A DNA stretch of 64,000 bases from Chthonomonadaceae bacterium. Its GTDB lineage: Bacteria > Armatimonadota > Chthonomonadetes > Chthonomonadales > Chthonomonadaceae. Both the position numbers and the translations under genes were made by a program. The DNA is taken from the NCBI GenBank assembly GCA_043762265.1, contig JAYUMV010000239.1:2142-66141 (forward strand), given 5' to 3'. Below are positions 45,093 to 55,627 of the stretch, in pieces (the stretch's first letter is position 1; each line of letters starts with the position of its first letter). The notes below the pieces were generated by a model. The model was not told the origin of the DNA, made no database searches, and was given only the letters and a program-made list of their open reading frames with translations.

Positions 45093-46208
45093 ATGTCTAT
45101 GAAACGGATGTTTTTACTTCTTTGGTCGATGACCCTGCTCGTTATCGCATCGAAAGTACAGGCGCAGCAGTGGCAGTTTGTCGTCATGGGGGATGATCGG
45201 TCCGCATACAGGCAATCAGACACGAACATCTTCGCTGTCAATACGCCCGAGCTTTCGGCGTTGGCAACGGCAGTCACAGCGCAAAAACCGGAATTCGTGC
45301 TTTTTACAGGGGACCTCGCTTTTGGCTACACCGACAACTCAAAATGGTTCGAAGCGGGCCTGGAGCAGTGGTATGATGCGATGAAGCCGGTCTTCGATGC
45401 CAAAATCCCGGTCTATCCGGTGCGGGGTAATCACGATGCCGCCTGCGCTGAGAGCGCGACGATATGGACGCGGTTCATGGCAGCGCATCATATCGCTATC
45501 CCAAAGAATGGACCGTCTGGAGAGAAAGGCCTTACCTACTATTTCGATCATAACAATGCGCGGGTGATCGGGCTCGACGATTATCAGGGACAGAGCTTTC
45601 CCGGCGAATTCGCTCCTGCCGCACATGCCTTTCCCCATATCGTGGACAACCGCTGGCTGAAAAGCTTGCCGCCACCCAAACCTGCCACTCACGTCTTCGC
45701 CTTCAGCCATGAAATGCCGTTTCGAACGGGGTCGCATGCGGACTGCCTGAACTCGAACGCGACTGTACGCGATCAAATGATGGAGACACTGTTTGCGATG
45801 GGGGCACGTGCTTTCCTGGCAGGTCACGACCACGATTACGATCTGATCTCGGTCGTCGATCCGAACGATGTGACGGGCAATACGGCCATGCTGCAGATGG
45901 TCGCGGGGACAGCGGGCGCTCCGTTCTATTCCACCGTAAACCGCTCGGGCAACGCGTGGCCGCTGAAGGCGCACGGACACTGGACTATGACCTATGGCTA
46001 TGTGCTGGTTCAGATAGACGGCTCGAAGGCTACCCTGATCTTCTATGGCAGAGATACTATGGCGAATCCACCCGAGAAATCCTATACGGAAAAACAGCGC
46101 GTTTCGTATGATGTCACAGCAGTCCCACCGGTTTTCACCTATGTTCCGGATCTGAAAGGGAATGTGAACATCGAAGACGGCACTCCATTGATCCCGAAAA
46201 CCCCTTAA
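45093..46208 (+). CDS. Secreted calcineurin-like metallophosphoesterase
   Basis: Signal peptide; FVVMGDDRS, FTGDLAFG, VRGNHD, GHDHDYD. The start may be the second ATG at 45099. Confidence 0.88.
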   Translation: MSMKRMFLLLWSMTLLVIASKVQAQQWQFVVMGDDRSAYRQSDTNIFAVNTPELSALATAVTAQKPEFVLFTGDLAFGYTDNSKWFEAGLEQWYDAMKPVFDAKIPVYPVRGNHDAACAESATIWTRFMAAHHIAIPKNGPSGEKGLTYYFDHNNARVIGLDDYQGQSFPGEFAPAAHAFPHIVDNRWLKSLPPPKPATHVFAFSHEMPFRTGSHADCLNSNATVRDQMMETLFAMGARAFLAGHDHDYDLISVVDPNDVTGNTAMLQMVAGTAGAPFYSTVNRSGNAWPLKAHGHWTMTYGYVLVQIDGSKATLIFYGRDTMANPPEKSYTEKQRVSYDVTAVPPVFTYVPDLKGNVNIEDGTPLIPKTP

Positions 46209-46258
46209 GACACGACTTTGCAGAGAGGGACCGGGGATGAAATCCTGGTCCCTATAGC

Positions 46259-46572
46259 TTAAAGTTTTCCTTTACCGACGCTTCCTCCTGTGGACCTGGC
46301 AACCCAGTCGGTATCGATCCCCTTCGCCATCAGCAGTTCAGACAACTGCCCCACATGGCCCTGGATATGGCGCAGGTTCATAAGTTGATGGGACAGTTTG
46401 CCCATGTTCTTATACCATGAAAAGCCCGTCTCGCCAGCGGCGAGGTCGAGATGATCGACGGTCACATGGCCTCCGGACACTTTTCCACACACTCCGCGAG
46501 CATCGCCAGCCCGGCATGGTACTGCTCCTTAAGCGGCTGTCGCATCTTCCCATCTCCTGGATAAGTTTCCAC
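46259..46572 (-). pseudogene. DinB-like remnant, frameshifted and probably internally deleted
   Basis: Frame A: (V)ETYPGDGKMRQPLKEQYHAGLAMLAECVEKCPEAM*. Frame B continues ..KLSHQLMNLRHIQGHVGQLSELLMAKG (DinB-type H..H.GQ C-terminus). The combined length is only about 95 aa. Confidence 0.3.
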
Positions 46573-46715
46573 TCTCTTTCGCCTCCTTTCGGTTGTGTAC
46601 CTCCTTTTATCACTCCGGCTGAGCAGAAGCAAGGCGGAAAGGATTTGATTCGTAGCGCGTCGAAGAGAGGACGCAGGTCTGTTCTCGAAATCACGAAATT
46701 CAGACAGTTCATTCT

Positions 46716-47963
46716 ATGCGAACAAAGATATGCAGTTTCAGTGAAAAGGAGAACGGATTGTCTACGCTGATCGCGCAGAAGTTGGAGCAGGCCGGGCGGC
46801 TGGTGGCGGCCTCGGGGGTCGATGTCTGGCTGACCTTTGTACGGGAGACAGGTGGGGGCGGCGATCCGGTCCTGCCTTTTCTGGTCGCCGGAGGGCTGAC
46901 CTGGCAGACCGCTCTGCTCGTCGCTTCCGGCGGCGAGCGGGTCGCGGTAATCGGAAACTACGACGCCGATCCGCTCGTCGCCTCGGGCCATTGGACCGAA
47001 GTCGTGCCCTATGTGCAGGGCATTCGTGCGCCGTTGCTTTCGGCGCTGGATCGCTTGATCCCGGCGAACGTCACGACGCCCCGCATCGCCGTCAACTACT
47101 CCCTTAACGACGATAAGGCGGACGGCCTCTCCCACGGGATGTATCTGCTCTTGACCGACTATCTCCGTGGCACCCGCTTCGAGCACAGCCTGGAAAGCGC
47201 GGAAGAGATCGTGATGGCGCTGCGGTCGCAAAAGGTGCTGGAGGAGATCGCACGCATGCGCGGCGCGATCGCAGCCACGGAAGCCTTGTTCGCCGAAGTG
47301 GGTGTGTTTGCTGCACCGGGACGCACCGAACGCGAAATCTACGGTTTTGTGCAGGCCCGCATCGATGCGCTCGGGCTAGGCTACGCCTGGGATCGGCACG
47401 GCGACCCGATCGTCAACAGCGGCCCGGACTCGATGATAGGCCACGGCGTCCCCTCTGCCTCCATCGCGATTGCGCCAGGACATATCTTCCACATCGACCT
47501 CGGCGTGATCCGCGAGGGCTACAGTTCCGACATCCAGCGCTGCTGGTATGTACCGCATTCCGGAGAGACCGACCTGCCTGCCGATGTCCGGAAGGCACTT
47601 GAAGCCGTGACCGGAGCGATCGCGGCGGGCGCGCGGGCGCTCCAACCGGGTGTGGCTGGCTGGCAGGTCGATGCCGCCGCACGTGCGTTCCTGATGGCTG
47701 CGGGCTATCCGGAATACCTCCACGCCTTCGGGCACCAGGTGGGCCAGGTCGCGCACGACGGCGGATCGATTCTGGGTCCGACCTGGGAGCGATACGGCCA
47801 AACGCCTTTTCTGCCCATTCGGAAAGACCAGGTCTATACTCTGGAACTCGGCGTGATGGTCGAAGGCCGGGGCTATCTCGGCCTGGAAGAGATGGTCCTC
47901 GTGACCGCAGAAGGGGTGGAATGGTTGACCACACCGCAACGCACCCTGCCGATGCTGCTCTAA
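46716..47963 (+). CDS. M24-family Xaa-Pro aminopeptidase/dipeptidase
   Basis: HIFHIDLGVIREGYSSDIQR, FGHQVGQVAHDG, YTLELGV, GLEEMVLVT. The start may be TTG at 46758 (SD AAGGAG). Confidence 0.88.
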   Translation: MRTKICSFSEKENGLSTLIAQKLEQAGRLVAASGVDVWLTFVRETGGGGDPVLPFLVAGGLTWQTALLVASGGERVAVIGNYDADPLVASGHWTEVVPYVQGIRAPLLSALDRLIPANVTTPRIAVNYSLNDDKADGLSHGMYLLLTDYLRGTRFEHSLESAEEIVMALRSQKVLEEIARMRGAIAATEALFAEVGVFAAPGRTEREIYGFVQARIDALGLGYAWDRHGDPIVNSGPDSMIGHGVPSASIAIAPGHIFHIDLGVIREGYSSDIQRCWYVPHSGETDLPADVRKALEAVTGAIAAGARALQPGVAGWQVDAAARAFLMAAGYPEYLHAFGHQVGQVAHDGGSILGPTWERYGQTPFLPIRKDQVYTLELGVMVEGRGYLGLEEMVLVTAEGVEWLTTPQRTLPMLL

Positions 47964-48017
47964 ACCCCGGATCGAACCGACGTTCAGACTACGAAATAGA
48001 AAGTGAAGGAGAAGACC

Positions 48018-49022
48018 ATGAAAATACTGATTATCGGCGGCACGGTGTTCCTGGGGCGCGCACTGGTCGAGGCGGCGCTCGCGCGCGGGCACGACGTCAC
48101 CCTCTTCAACCGGGGGCAGCACAATCCTGACCTGTTTCCAGAAGTGGAAAAGCTCCGGGGCGACCGTGATGGGCAGATGGAAGCGCTGAAGGGCCGCAAG
48201 TGGGACGCCGCCATCGATACCTGCGGCTACTTTCCGCGCGTGGTACGACAGTCGGCGCAACTTCTGGCCGATGCGGTCGGACACTACACCTTTATCTCCA
48301 GCATCTCGGCCTACTCCAACTTTCGCGAGTCCTGGGACGAAAACGGCCCCCTGGGCCAGATGGACCTGGAGGAGGCGGAAGCCGCGACTGCCATCACCGG
48401 CGAGACCTACGGACCGCTCAAAGTGTTGTGCGAACAGACCGTGGAGGAGGCTCTGCCCGGACGCACCCTTGTGCTGCGCCCTGGACTGATCAACGGCCCC
48501 TTCGATCCTTCCGACCGCTTTACCTACTGGCCAGCACGCGTTGCGCGAGGCGGCAAAGCGCTTGTGCCAGGCGACGGGGAGATGCGTGTGGAGATCATCG
48601 ATGTGCGCGACCTGGCGGAATGGAATATTCGGCTTGTGGAAGAGAACAAGACCGGTATCTACAACACGACTGGCCCGGACTATCCGCTGACCATGCAAAG
48701 TATGCTGGAGACCTGCAAGGCGGAAACCGGAAGCGATGCGGAGTTTGTCTATGTGTCGGGAGAGTTCCTGAAAGAGCATGAGATCGATGCGAATCGCGTC
48801 AGTTGCTGGTGGATCCCTGCGGACGACGAGGACTATCGCTACTTCTGCGACGTGAACTGCAAAAAGGCGCATGCGGATGGCCTGACCTTCCGACCCCTCG
48901 CAGAGACGGCGCGCGACACCCGCCTGTGGGCAGCCACCCGTCCGGCAGACTGGACCTGGCGGGCCGGACTGACTCCGGAAAAAGAGGCCGCTCTGTTGGA
49001 AGCCTGGAGCAACCGCGCCTGA
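48018..49022 (+). CDS. NAD-dependent epimerase/dehydratase (SDR) family protein
   Basis: MKILIIGGTVFLGRALVEAAL Rossmann motif. SD GAAGGAGAAG. Confidence 0.88.
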   Translation: MKILIIGGTVFLGRALVEAALARGHDVTLFNRGQHNPDLFPEVEKLRGDRDGQMEALKGRKWDAAIDTCGYFPRVVRQSAQLLADAVGHYTFISSISAYSNFRESWDENGPLGQMDLEEAEAATAITGETYGPLKVLCEQTVEEALPGRTLVLRPGLINGPFDPSDRFTYWPARVARGGKALVPGDGEMRVEIIDVRDLAEWNIRLVEENKTGIYNTTGPDYPLTMQSMLETCKAETGSDAEFVYVSGEFLKEHEIDANRVSCWWIPADDEDYRYFCDVNCKKAHADGLTFRPLAETARDTRLWAATRPADWTWRAGLTPEKEAALLEAWSNRA

Positions 49023-49224
49023 CAATCAACGCCGGAATTGGTTGGGACTTTCAGCATAGGCGACCAGGCAAAATCCAAATCGTCCCGCTTCGTGAACCAG
49101 CGATATTTCGGCAAGGTGTGTACTTTCTTTCTATTCTTTACTATGGAAGGATTATTCTTATCCTCTGGTGAAGAAACCCTCATACGCTAGTAATCACTTC
49201 ATTTTTCAACGAGGAGGCAGTACC

Positions 49225-50529
49225 ATGTCGGAAGACAAACGGATAGATCGGCGTTCTCTCATTAAGGGCGCGTTGGGAGCAGGAGCAGGAGCAGCGCTGT
49301 TCAACGTCGTTCCCGCCTCAGCGCTGGGACTGGGCGGCCATGTCGCTCCGAGCAACCGGATCGTGATGGGCTGTATTGGGGTCGGCGGGCAGGGTTCCGG
49401 CAACATGGGCACCTTTCTGAACATGCCGGACACCCAGATCGTCGCGGTCTGCGACGTCGATAAGAACCGGCTGGCTGGCGCAAAGAAGACCGTCGATCAG
49501 CATTACAGCAATGCGAGTTGTGCCGCTTACGGAGATTTCCGGGAACTGCTCAGCCGCAAAGATCTGGATGCCCTCTCCCTGGCCACTCCTGACCACTGGC
49601 ACGCTATTCCGGCCATCACAGCGCTGAATGCCGGCCTCGATGTCTATGGGGAGAAACCGGTCTCGCACTGCCTCGCCGAGGGGCGCGCGATGGCGGATGC
49701 GCAGAAAAAGAACAACCGGATCTGGCAGACCGGAAGCTGGCAACGCTCTCAGAGCCATTTCCGCACGGCCTGCGAACTGGTGCGCAACGGACGTATCGGC
49801 AAGGTAGCCCGGATCGAGGTCGGCCTGCCGACCGGCAGCGCACATGGCCCGGTGACGTTCAAAGACCCGCCTCCGGAACTCGACTACGAATTCTGGGTCG
49901 GCCCCTCACGCATGGCCCCCTACTGCGACGACCGCACCCACTATCAGTGGCGCTGGCAGCTCGACTACGGCGGCGGGCAGATGATGGACTGGATCGGCCA
50001 CCACGCCGACATCGCGAACTGGGGCATGGGCTGGGACAGCACCGGCCCGCTGACCGTCGAAGGCAAAGGCGAATATCCGACCGAGGGAATCTGGAACGCG
50101 GCGACGACCTACCACTTTATTGCCACCTATCCGGGTGGAATCGAGATGCATGTCGCCAACGGCGGTAATGCGAACATTCGCAGCGGCACGAAGTGGATCG
50201 GCGAGAACGGTCAGTGGATCTGGGTGGATCGCGGCGGTCTGGAAGCCAGTTCGAAAACCATTCTCGAAGAGAAGGTCGGCCCGAACGAGACCCAACTATT
50301 CCGTAGCCCCGGCCACTGGCGTGAGTTCCTGGATAGCGTGAAAAGCCGTCGTCCGACGATCACGCCTCTGGAGACCGGTCACCGCGCAGCCTCCATCGGT
50401 CATCTCGGTCAGATCGCCATGCTGACCGGCCGTAAGCTGCACTGGAACCCGGAGACCGAACAGTTCCAGGACGACGCGACCGCGACCCACATGCTCTCCA
50501 CGCCGATGCGCGCCCCCTGGCACGTCTAA
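49225..50529 (+). CDS. Gfo/Idh/MocA-family oxidoreductase with Tat signal
   Basis: DRRSLIKGALGAGAGAALF..ASA; MGCIGVGGQGSGN...VAVCDVD; EKP motif. SD GAGGAGG. Confidence 0.9.
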   Translation: MSEDKRIDRRSLIKGALGAGAGAALFNVVPASALGLGGHVAPSNRIVMGCIGVGGQGSGNMGTFLNMPDTQIVAVCDVDKNRLAGAKKTVDQHYSNASCAAYGDFRELLSRKDLDALSLATPDHWHAIPAITALNAGLDVYGEKPVSHCLAEGRAMADAQKKNNRIWQTGSWQRSQSHFRTACELVRNGRIGKVARIEVGLPTGSAHGPVTFKDPPPELDYEFWVGPSRMAPYCDDRTHYQWRWQLDYGGGQMMDWIGHHADIANWGMGWDSTGPLTVEGKGEYPTEGIWNAATTYHFIATYPGGIEMHVANGGNANIRSGTKWIGENGQWIWVDRGGLEASSKTILEEKVGPNETQLFRSPGHWREFLDSVKSRRPTITPLETGHRAASIGHLGQIAMLTGRKLHWNPETEQFQDDATATHMLSTPMRAPWHV

Positions 50530-50571
50530 GAGTGTGTTTAGCAAATCCCACGACCGGGATCTCTATCCTGT

Positions 50572-50625
50572 CCCTCCTGTTCCTCCTGTCCAAAGAAATG
50601 CATTGAGACAGGAGGAACAGGAGGG
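50572..50625 (+). repeat. 19-bp perfect hairpin pairing two CCTCCTGT units with two ACAGGAGG units
   Basis: CCCTCCTGTTCCTCCTGTC-(16 nt)-GACAGGAGGAACAGGAGGG. No U-tract directly after the stem. Confidence 0.7.
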
Positions 50626-50766
50626 GAATGCAGGGTTTGTTCAACACGCATTAGGCCTTAGTAATTGCTGCGCTTTACTCCCCGACCCGTTCTGGCCGCC
50701 GACACAGCGCCCGTCGGGCCTCTGTACGCGGGAGGCGACACCCATTTTCCGAAAGGACACGCAGGC

Positions 50767-52833
50767 ATGAAGCCGATCCCTCGCATCGCGACAGCGTTGA
50801 CGCTGACCGCACTGGTTGCCGGAACCCCGTTCTCCGCCTCTGCCGGAGGCCGCCGTGGCCAGGACAACGCATTTGAACAACTGAAGGCGTACGATTTCCA
50901 GAAATACGCTCCCGTCACGGCGATCCGCAACATGATCGTGGAAGCACAGAACGACAAAGCCAAAACGGCGGACATCGAGCAGCATCTCATCGGGGTTCTG
51001 GAAGATGCGAATGCTACCTTTGCCGGCAAGCAGGAGGCTTGTCGCTTCCTCTGGATCATCGGCACCGGGCGCTCCGTGCCCGTACTGGCGAAGATGCTGA
51101 CCGATCCGAAACAGTCCGATATCGCGCGCTATGCGCTGGAACGCAATGCGGACCCCTCCGCCGCGAAGGCGCTAAGAGCGGCCCTCGCGACCACCAAGAA
51201 CTTTCCCCTGATCGGCGTGATCAACTCGGAAGGCGATCGGGGCGACGCGGAGGCGGTAGGTGCTTTGAAAGCGTTCTCCACAAATACGGACCCACTCGTT
51301 GCGGAGGCGGCGATCAGCGCGCTTGGCAAGATCGGGACGGCGAACGCGCTGGCCGCTCTGCGCGCGCTGCCCGCTTCCAATCTGCCTGCCGCGAGGGCTA
51401 CTCTGCACATCGCCGAACATTTCGCGGCGACCGGGAAGACAGCGGAGGCGACCAAAATCTACGACGGGCTTACTACTGAGAGCAAACCGCCGCAGATTCG
51501 GGGCGAGGCGCTGCGCGGCCTGTCGGTCCTGCAGTCGCCGCATGCGACTCCGGTCGCGATTGCGTTCCTGAAATCCACCGATCCCTATCTGGAAGAGGTC
51601 GGGGCGCGCACTACCGGCTCGATGTCCGACCCACAGACCACCAAAACCGTTCTCGGCCTCTACCCTAGTTTGCCTCCCGCGCCACAGGCCGTTCTGCTGA
51701 CGGCATGGGGCGAGCGAAAGGAGATGGCGGCGGCTTCGGTGGTCGAAACATCGCTCCAGAGCGCGGATCCCCAGGTGCGCGGGGCGGCCATTCTCGCTCT
51801 GTCTCGCATCGGCGGCGGTAAAGCGGTGCCGACACTGGTCAACATCGCGCGGAAGGGTGAAGGAGAGGACCGACGGATCGCACGTGAGAGCCTGGAGAGC
51901 ATGCCGGGCACAGAGGCCGAACAGGCGATCCTCCAGACAGCGCTCAAAGGCGCGCCCGCTGACCGTGCGCTGGTGATGGGCATCCTCGCGGAGCGCCCTT
52001 CTCCGGCAATGACAGCGGCGCTGCTGGAAGCGATCAACGGTTCGGATTCGGCGGTTGCGGTCGAAGCAGCGCGCGCGCTGGGCCGCACCGGAGGAATGAA
52101 AGAGCATGCCGCGCTGCTGAAAGTGGTCGTGACGACTCGCGACGTCGATATCCGCGATGCCGCCCGCGATTCGGTCGTCAATATCGGCACGCGCCTCGGC
52201 GACCGGGACGCAGCGGCCGCGCCCGTTCTGGCCGCCCTGCCGGGAACCGCAGGAGCGACGAAAGCCGCACTGCTTGCCATTCTGGCAGGCACGGGAGGAG
52301 ATCGCGCTTTGGAGGAGTTGACGCAATCGGCCAACTCCACGGATGCGGAAGTCAAGCAGGCTGCCGTCTCGCTTCTGGCCGAATCGTGGGGGGATACGCG
52401 CCCGCTGCCGACCTTACAGTATGTCGCCAAAACCTCCGCCGACAAGTCGCTGCGGATCGAAGCGGTCCGGGGCTATCTGCGCCTCGTCGGGCAGGAAGAA
52501 AAGATGCCCGCCGATCAGAAGGTGTCGAAGATCGCGGCCATCCTCCCCTTGGCCGAACGGCCGGAAGAGAAGCGTCAGGCGCTGAGTGTGCTGCGCGAAT
52601 GTAGGCTCTCGACCTCCGTCGAGCAGGCCGCCACCCTCCTCGACAACCCGGCGGTCGCCTCAGATGCCGCCGACACCATCCTCTACCTCGCCACGATGCA
52701 GAAAAAGAACAACCGATCCCTGTCTGCCGTGCGCGGCGCAGCCACGACGGCCGCGCTCAACAAGATCCTTCAGACCGGGCAGGCCAACCAGAAACAACTC
52801 GCTCAACAGATCAAAGACGGCACCAAGTTCTAA
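50767..52833 (+). CDS. Secreted HEAT-repeat protein
   Basis: Signal peptide MKPIPRIATALTLTALVAGTPFSASA. Many ..D..VR..A..ALG.IG....AL.. HEAT/PBS-lyase-like units. Confidence 0.85.
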   Translation: MKPIPRIATALTLTALVAGTPFSASAGGRRGQDNAFEQLKAYDFQKYAPVTAIRNMIVEAQNDKAKTADIEQHLIGVLEDANATFAGKQEACRFLWIIGTGRSVPVLAKMLTDPKQSDIARYALERNADPSAAKALRAALATTKNFPLIGVINSEGDRGDAEAVGALKAFSTNTDPLVAEAAISALGKIGTANALAALRALPASNLPAARATLHIAEHFAATGKTAEATKIYDGLTTESKPPQIRGEALRGLSVLQSPHATPVAIAFLKSTDPYLEEVGARTTGSMSDPQTTKTVLGLYPSLPPAPQAVLLTAWGERKEMAAASVVETSLQSADPQVRGAAILALSRIGGGKAVPTLVNIARKGEGEDRRIARESLESMPGTEAEQAILQTALKGAPADRALVMGILAERPSPAMTAALLEAINGSDSAVAVEAARALGRTGGMKEHAALLKVVVTTRDVDIRDAARDSVVNIGTRLGDRDAAAAPVLAALPGTAGATKAALLAILAGTGGDRALEELTQSANSTDAEVKQAAVSLLAESWGDTRPLPTLQYVAKTSADKSLRIEAVRGYLRLVGQEEKMPADQKVSKIAAILPLAERPEEKRQALSVLRECRLSTSVEQAATLLDNPAVASDAADTILYLATMQKKNNRSLSAVRGAATTAALNKILQTGQANQKQLAQQIKDGTKF

Positions 52834-52863
52834 ACCAGACGGCCCTGATATGCCTTCTTGTTA

Positions 52864-52900
52864 GTCTGTGTGCCGGTCTAAAGGCCGGTGCACAGACTTT
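52864..52900 (+). terminator. Terminator hairpin after the HEAT gene
   Basis: 13-bp stem (two G·U pairs) GTCTGTGTGCCGG/CCGGTGCACAGAC, followed by TTTG (weak U-tract). Confidence 0.5.
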
Positions 52901-53388
52901 GAACAGAACGTAGTGCCGTTCCAACCGTCCGATGTATTTTTCGTCCGCTACCACATTTATAAAATAGTCTCTCGTTGCGTATCACGGTAATGGATCGAGT
53001 CTCACTCACCGCGATTTCACGAAACCGAGAAGCAGATGCGCACATTTCCATCGTTCAACTTCCTCATAGACCCCTGACTCTCAATATCAAGGCGACGTTC
53101 GACACTGCAACTCCTTTGTCCTGTCGGATCGATCGAATGCTCAACTTGGCAAGGGCATGAACCTTTTGCGATCACTCCAGAACCAACACGACAATACCGA
53201 TGCACAGGGGTTCCGGCGTTTGGGTGTCGCTGCCGGACGGTGAGGCGGGGTCGTTACGCAGCGGGATGGCGAGCGGGTAACCCTATTGTTGACCGCTTCG
53301 TCTAAGGGCCAGATGTCATCGCATCCTCGAAGCGACGCCCTGTCCTATGGCGCTGTCTTGAGCTACTATGAAGTGATAGGAGAGTTTC

Positions 53389-54323
53389 ATGAGATCGATC
53401 ATTACCCCCCTGGGCTTATCCCTTGCCGCATGCGGACTGCTCGCGCTGATCCCCGGCGGTGCACACGCGCAGAGCCAGAAAGTGGCGGGTAAGCCGGTGC
53501 AGAAGGCGATTCCGGCGGGCATTGGGTTCGTCAAGAAGGGCGCGACATCTGTCAGCTTGAAACCTCTGAGCGCACACGTCACGAAGGGACTGGCCTGGCT
53601 GGTGAAGTCTCAGCTCGACAATGGCGGTTGGGGCCAGGGCGAAGAGTCAGAAGCGATGGGCCGTGGGCTGGCGCTCAAGGACAAACCCAGCGTGGCGGAC
53701 ACCTGTATGGCGACGATGGCGCTGCTGCGTTCCGGCAGCACACCGAGTTCGGGCGAGTATGCAAAGAGCATCCGCCATGGCATCGAGTACGTCTGCGCCG
53801 AAATCGAAGAGTCGGATAAGAGCTCGCTCTACATCACCAGCAACCGTTCGACACGCATACAGATCAAACTTGTCCCCTACATCGATACCTTCGGCTCCGA
53901 ACCGAGAACTACGCCCGTGGCCAGTTTGCCGACGCGTCGAAGTCCGGCAGTGCGGCGGGAATGTCCGGGAGCGGCGGGTTCGCCGGGGGAATGGGGGGAC
54001 GTGGGAGAGTGATAAGCGGGAGGGCTGTCTCCGCAAAAGGAGACGCCGGAGTCTCTCTCTATTCGACCTCGGCAGATCTCGCGACCCTCCAGAACTCGGA
54101 CGATACGAATAAAGCCCTGGAACAGAAGGCTCAGAATCAACTGAAGACCGCCAAAACCGCCAAGGTCAACGGCGTCCAGAATCAGGACGGCACCTGGTCC
54201 GGCTCCCACTGTATCACTGGCCGTACCGTCTGTACTGCCGCCGCCCTCATGGTGCTGATGGTGGATCGCGCTCGAACCCCGGTCGTCCTGAAACTCAAAC
54301 CGATCACCGTCGGAAGGAAATAG
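53389..54323 (+). pseudogene. Secreted prenyltransferase/squalene-oxidase-repeat-like protein, frameshifted
   Basis: Signal peptide; LVKSQLDNGGWGQ. Reading switches frame between about 53890 and 53960. The C-terminal part QNQDGTWSGSHCITGRTVCTAAALMVLM lies in the second frame. Confidence 0.6.
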
Positions 54324-54325
54324 CC

Positions 54326-55567
54326 GTGCGGCGTCTGCTCCTCATGGCTCTCTGTCTATCGCTCTCCCTGCTGGCTGCGGCGCAATCGGCGGGGAAAGCG
54401 GCGCCTGCTCCTGCTCTCGTCTCTCGGATCGATCTTGCCCTGGCAAGCGCCGCGCGCTGCCTCATCAAACGCCAGTCTCCAGATGGCGCCTGGCGTTCGC
54501 AGACCTATGGCTTTTTGAAGGACGGCCCCTCGCTGACGCCCCTTATCGCCAATGCCCTCTACTTCCTCCCCCAGGGCGGCAAGGATTCGCGCAAGGCGTT
54601 TGCGCAGGGCGCCGCCTACCTCGCAGGCTTGGTCGGGAAAGAAGGCGGTATCCAGACGGGAGAGAGCGGCTTGAACTTCCCGGTCCTCACGGCGGCCTCC
54701 GCTTGCCGTGTCCTGGAGCTTGCGGAACCCACCGCGCGGAATCGACACGCACGGGACGGCTGGTGGAACTATTTGAAGTCGTATCGGCTGAACCGTGATC
54801 TGGGCTGGCAGCCGGAGAACCCGGAGTTCGGCGGCTGGGACTTCTCGCTGTCGCCGCCTCAGAAACCGGCCCCAGGTCAACCCAAAGAGCGGTTCTGCGA
54901 GTCCAATCTGGTCGCCACGGTCTTTGCGATCGCCGCCGTGCGTTCGGTAAAGCTGCCTGCAAGCGATCCGACCTACGCAGAAATCCTGACCTTTGTGCAG
55001 CGCTGCCAGAACTTCTCCGGCGACCCCGTAAAGTCCGATCCGAAATTCGACGACGGCGGTTTCTTCTTTATTCCGGGAGATCCTCTCCAGAACAAGGCGG
55101 GCGTTGCGGGCAAAGATCGATTCGGCAAGGAGCGTTATCTCTCCTATGGCAGTATGACTGCCGACGGCATACGCGCGATGATCCGCTGCGGCCTGCCGCT
55201 CGACCATCCGCGTGTCGTGGCGGCCCGTCGATGGCTGGAACGGAATTTCACCGCACAAGCGCATCCGGGTAAATTCCTGCCTGACCGTCAGATCCTCGGC
55301 AAAGCGACCTACTACTACTACGGCTGGGCAGTCGCGCATGCCTTTCTCGCGCTGAACCTCCATGTGATCGAAACGAAGACCGGCAAGGTCCGTTGGGCGA
55401 AGGCCTTAGCGGAGGAGCTGCTGCAACGCCGGAAGGCCGACGGCTCCTGGCAAAACCGGCTTACCGCCTCCAACGAAGACGATCCTCTTATCGCCACCTC
55501 CTGGGCCGCCTCCGCCCTGGCGATCTGTCGCGCAGACCTCTCCCCCTCCCCGCCGTCTACTCCCTGA
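54326..55567 (+). CDS. Secreted prenyltransferase/squalene-oxidase-repeat (terpene-cyclase-fold) protein
   Basis: Signal peptide; RQSPDGAWRSQ, RKADGSWQN repeat signatures. GTG start with SD GGAAGGAAA. Confidence 0.75.
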   Translation: MRRLLLMALCLSLSLLAAAQSAGKAAPAPALVSRIDLALASAARCLIKRQSPDGAWRSQTYGFLKDGPSLTPLIANALYFLPQGGKDSRKAFAQGAAYLAGLVGKEGGIQTGESGLNFPVLTAASACRVLELAEPTARNRHARDGWWNYLKSYRLNRDLGWQPENPEFGGWDFSLSPPQKPAPGQPKERFCESNLVATVFAIAAVRSVKLPASDPTYAEILTFVQRCQNFSGDPVKSDPKFDDGGFFFIPGDPLQNKAGVAGKDRFGKERYLSYGSMTADGIRAMIRCGLPLDHPRVVAARRWLERNFTAQAHPGKFLPDRQILGKATYYYYGWAVAHAFLALNLHVIETKTGKVRWAKALAEELLQRRKADGSWQNRLTASNEDDPLIATSWAASALAICRADLSPSPPSTP

Positions 55568-55627
55568 TGTTGCAGTAGGCTCCGGATAGTTCGACTTTCT
55601 GAATCCACCTTTTTCACGCTGCCGGAG

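Noticed and set aside
50628-50654. An 8-codon mini-ORF after the SD-containing hairpin, considered as a leader peptide
   Set aside because: It is too short and has no codon bias relevant to the neighbouring genes. It is mentioned only as context for the hairpin.
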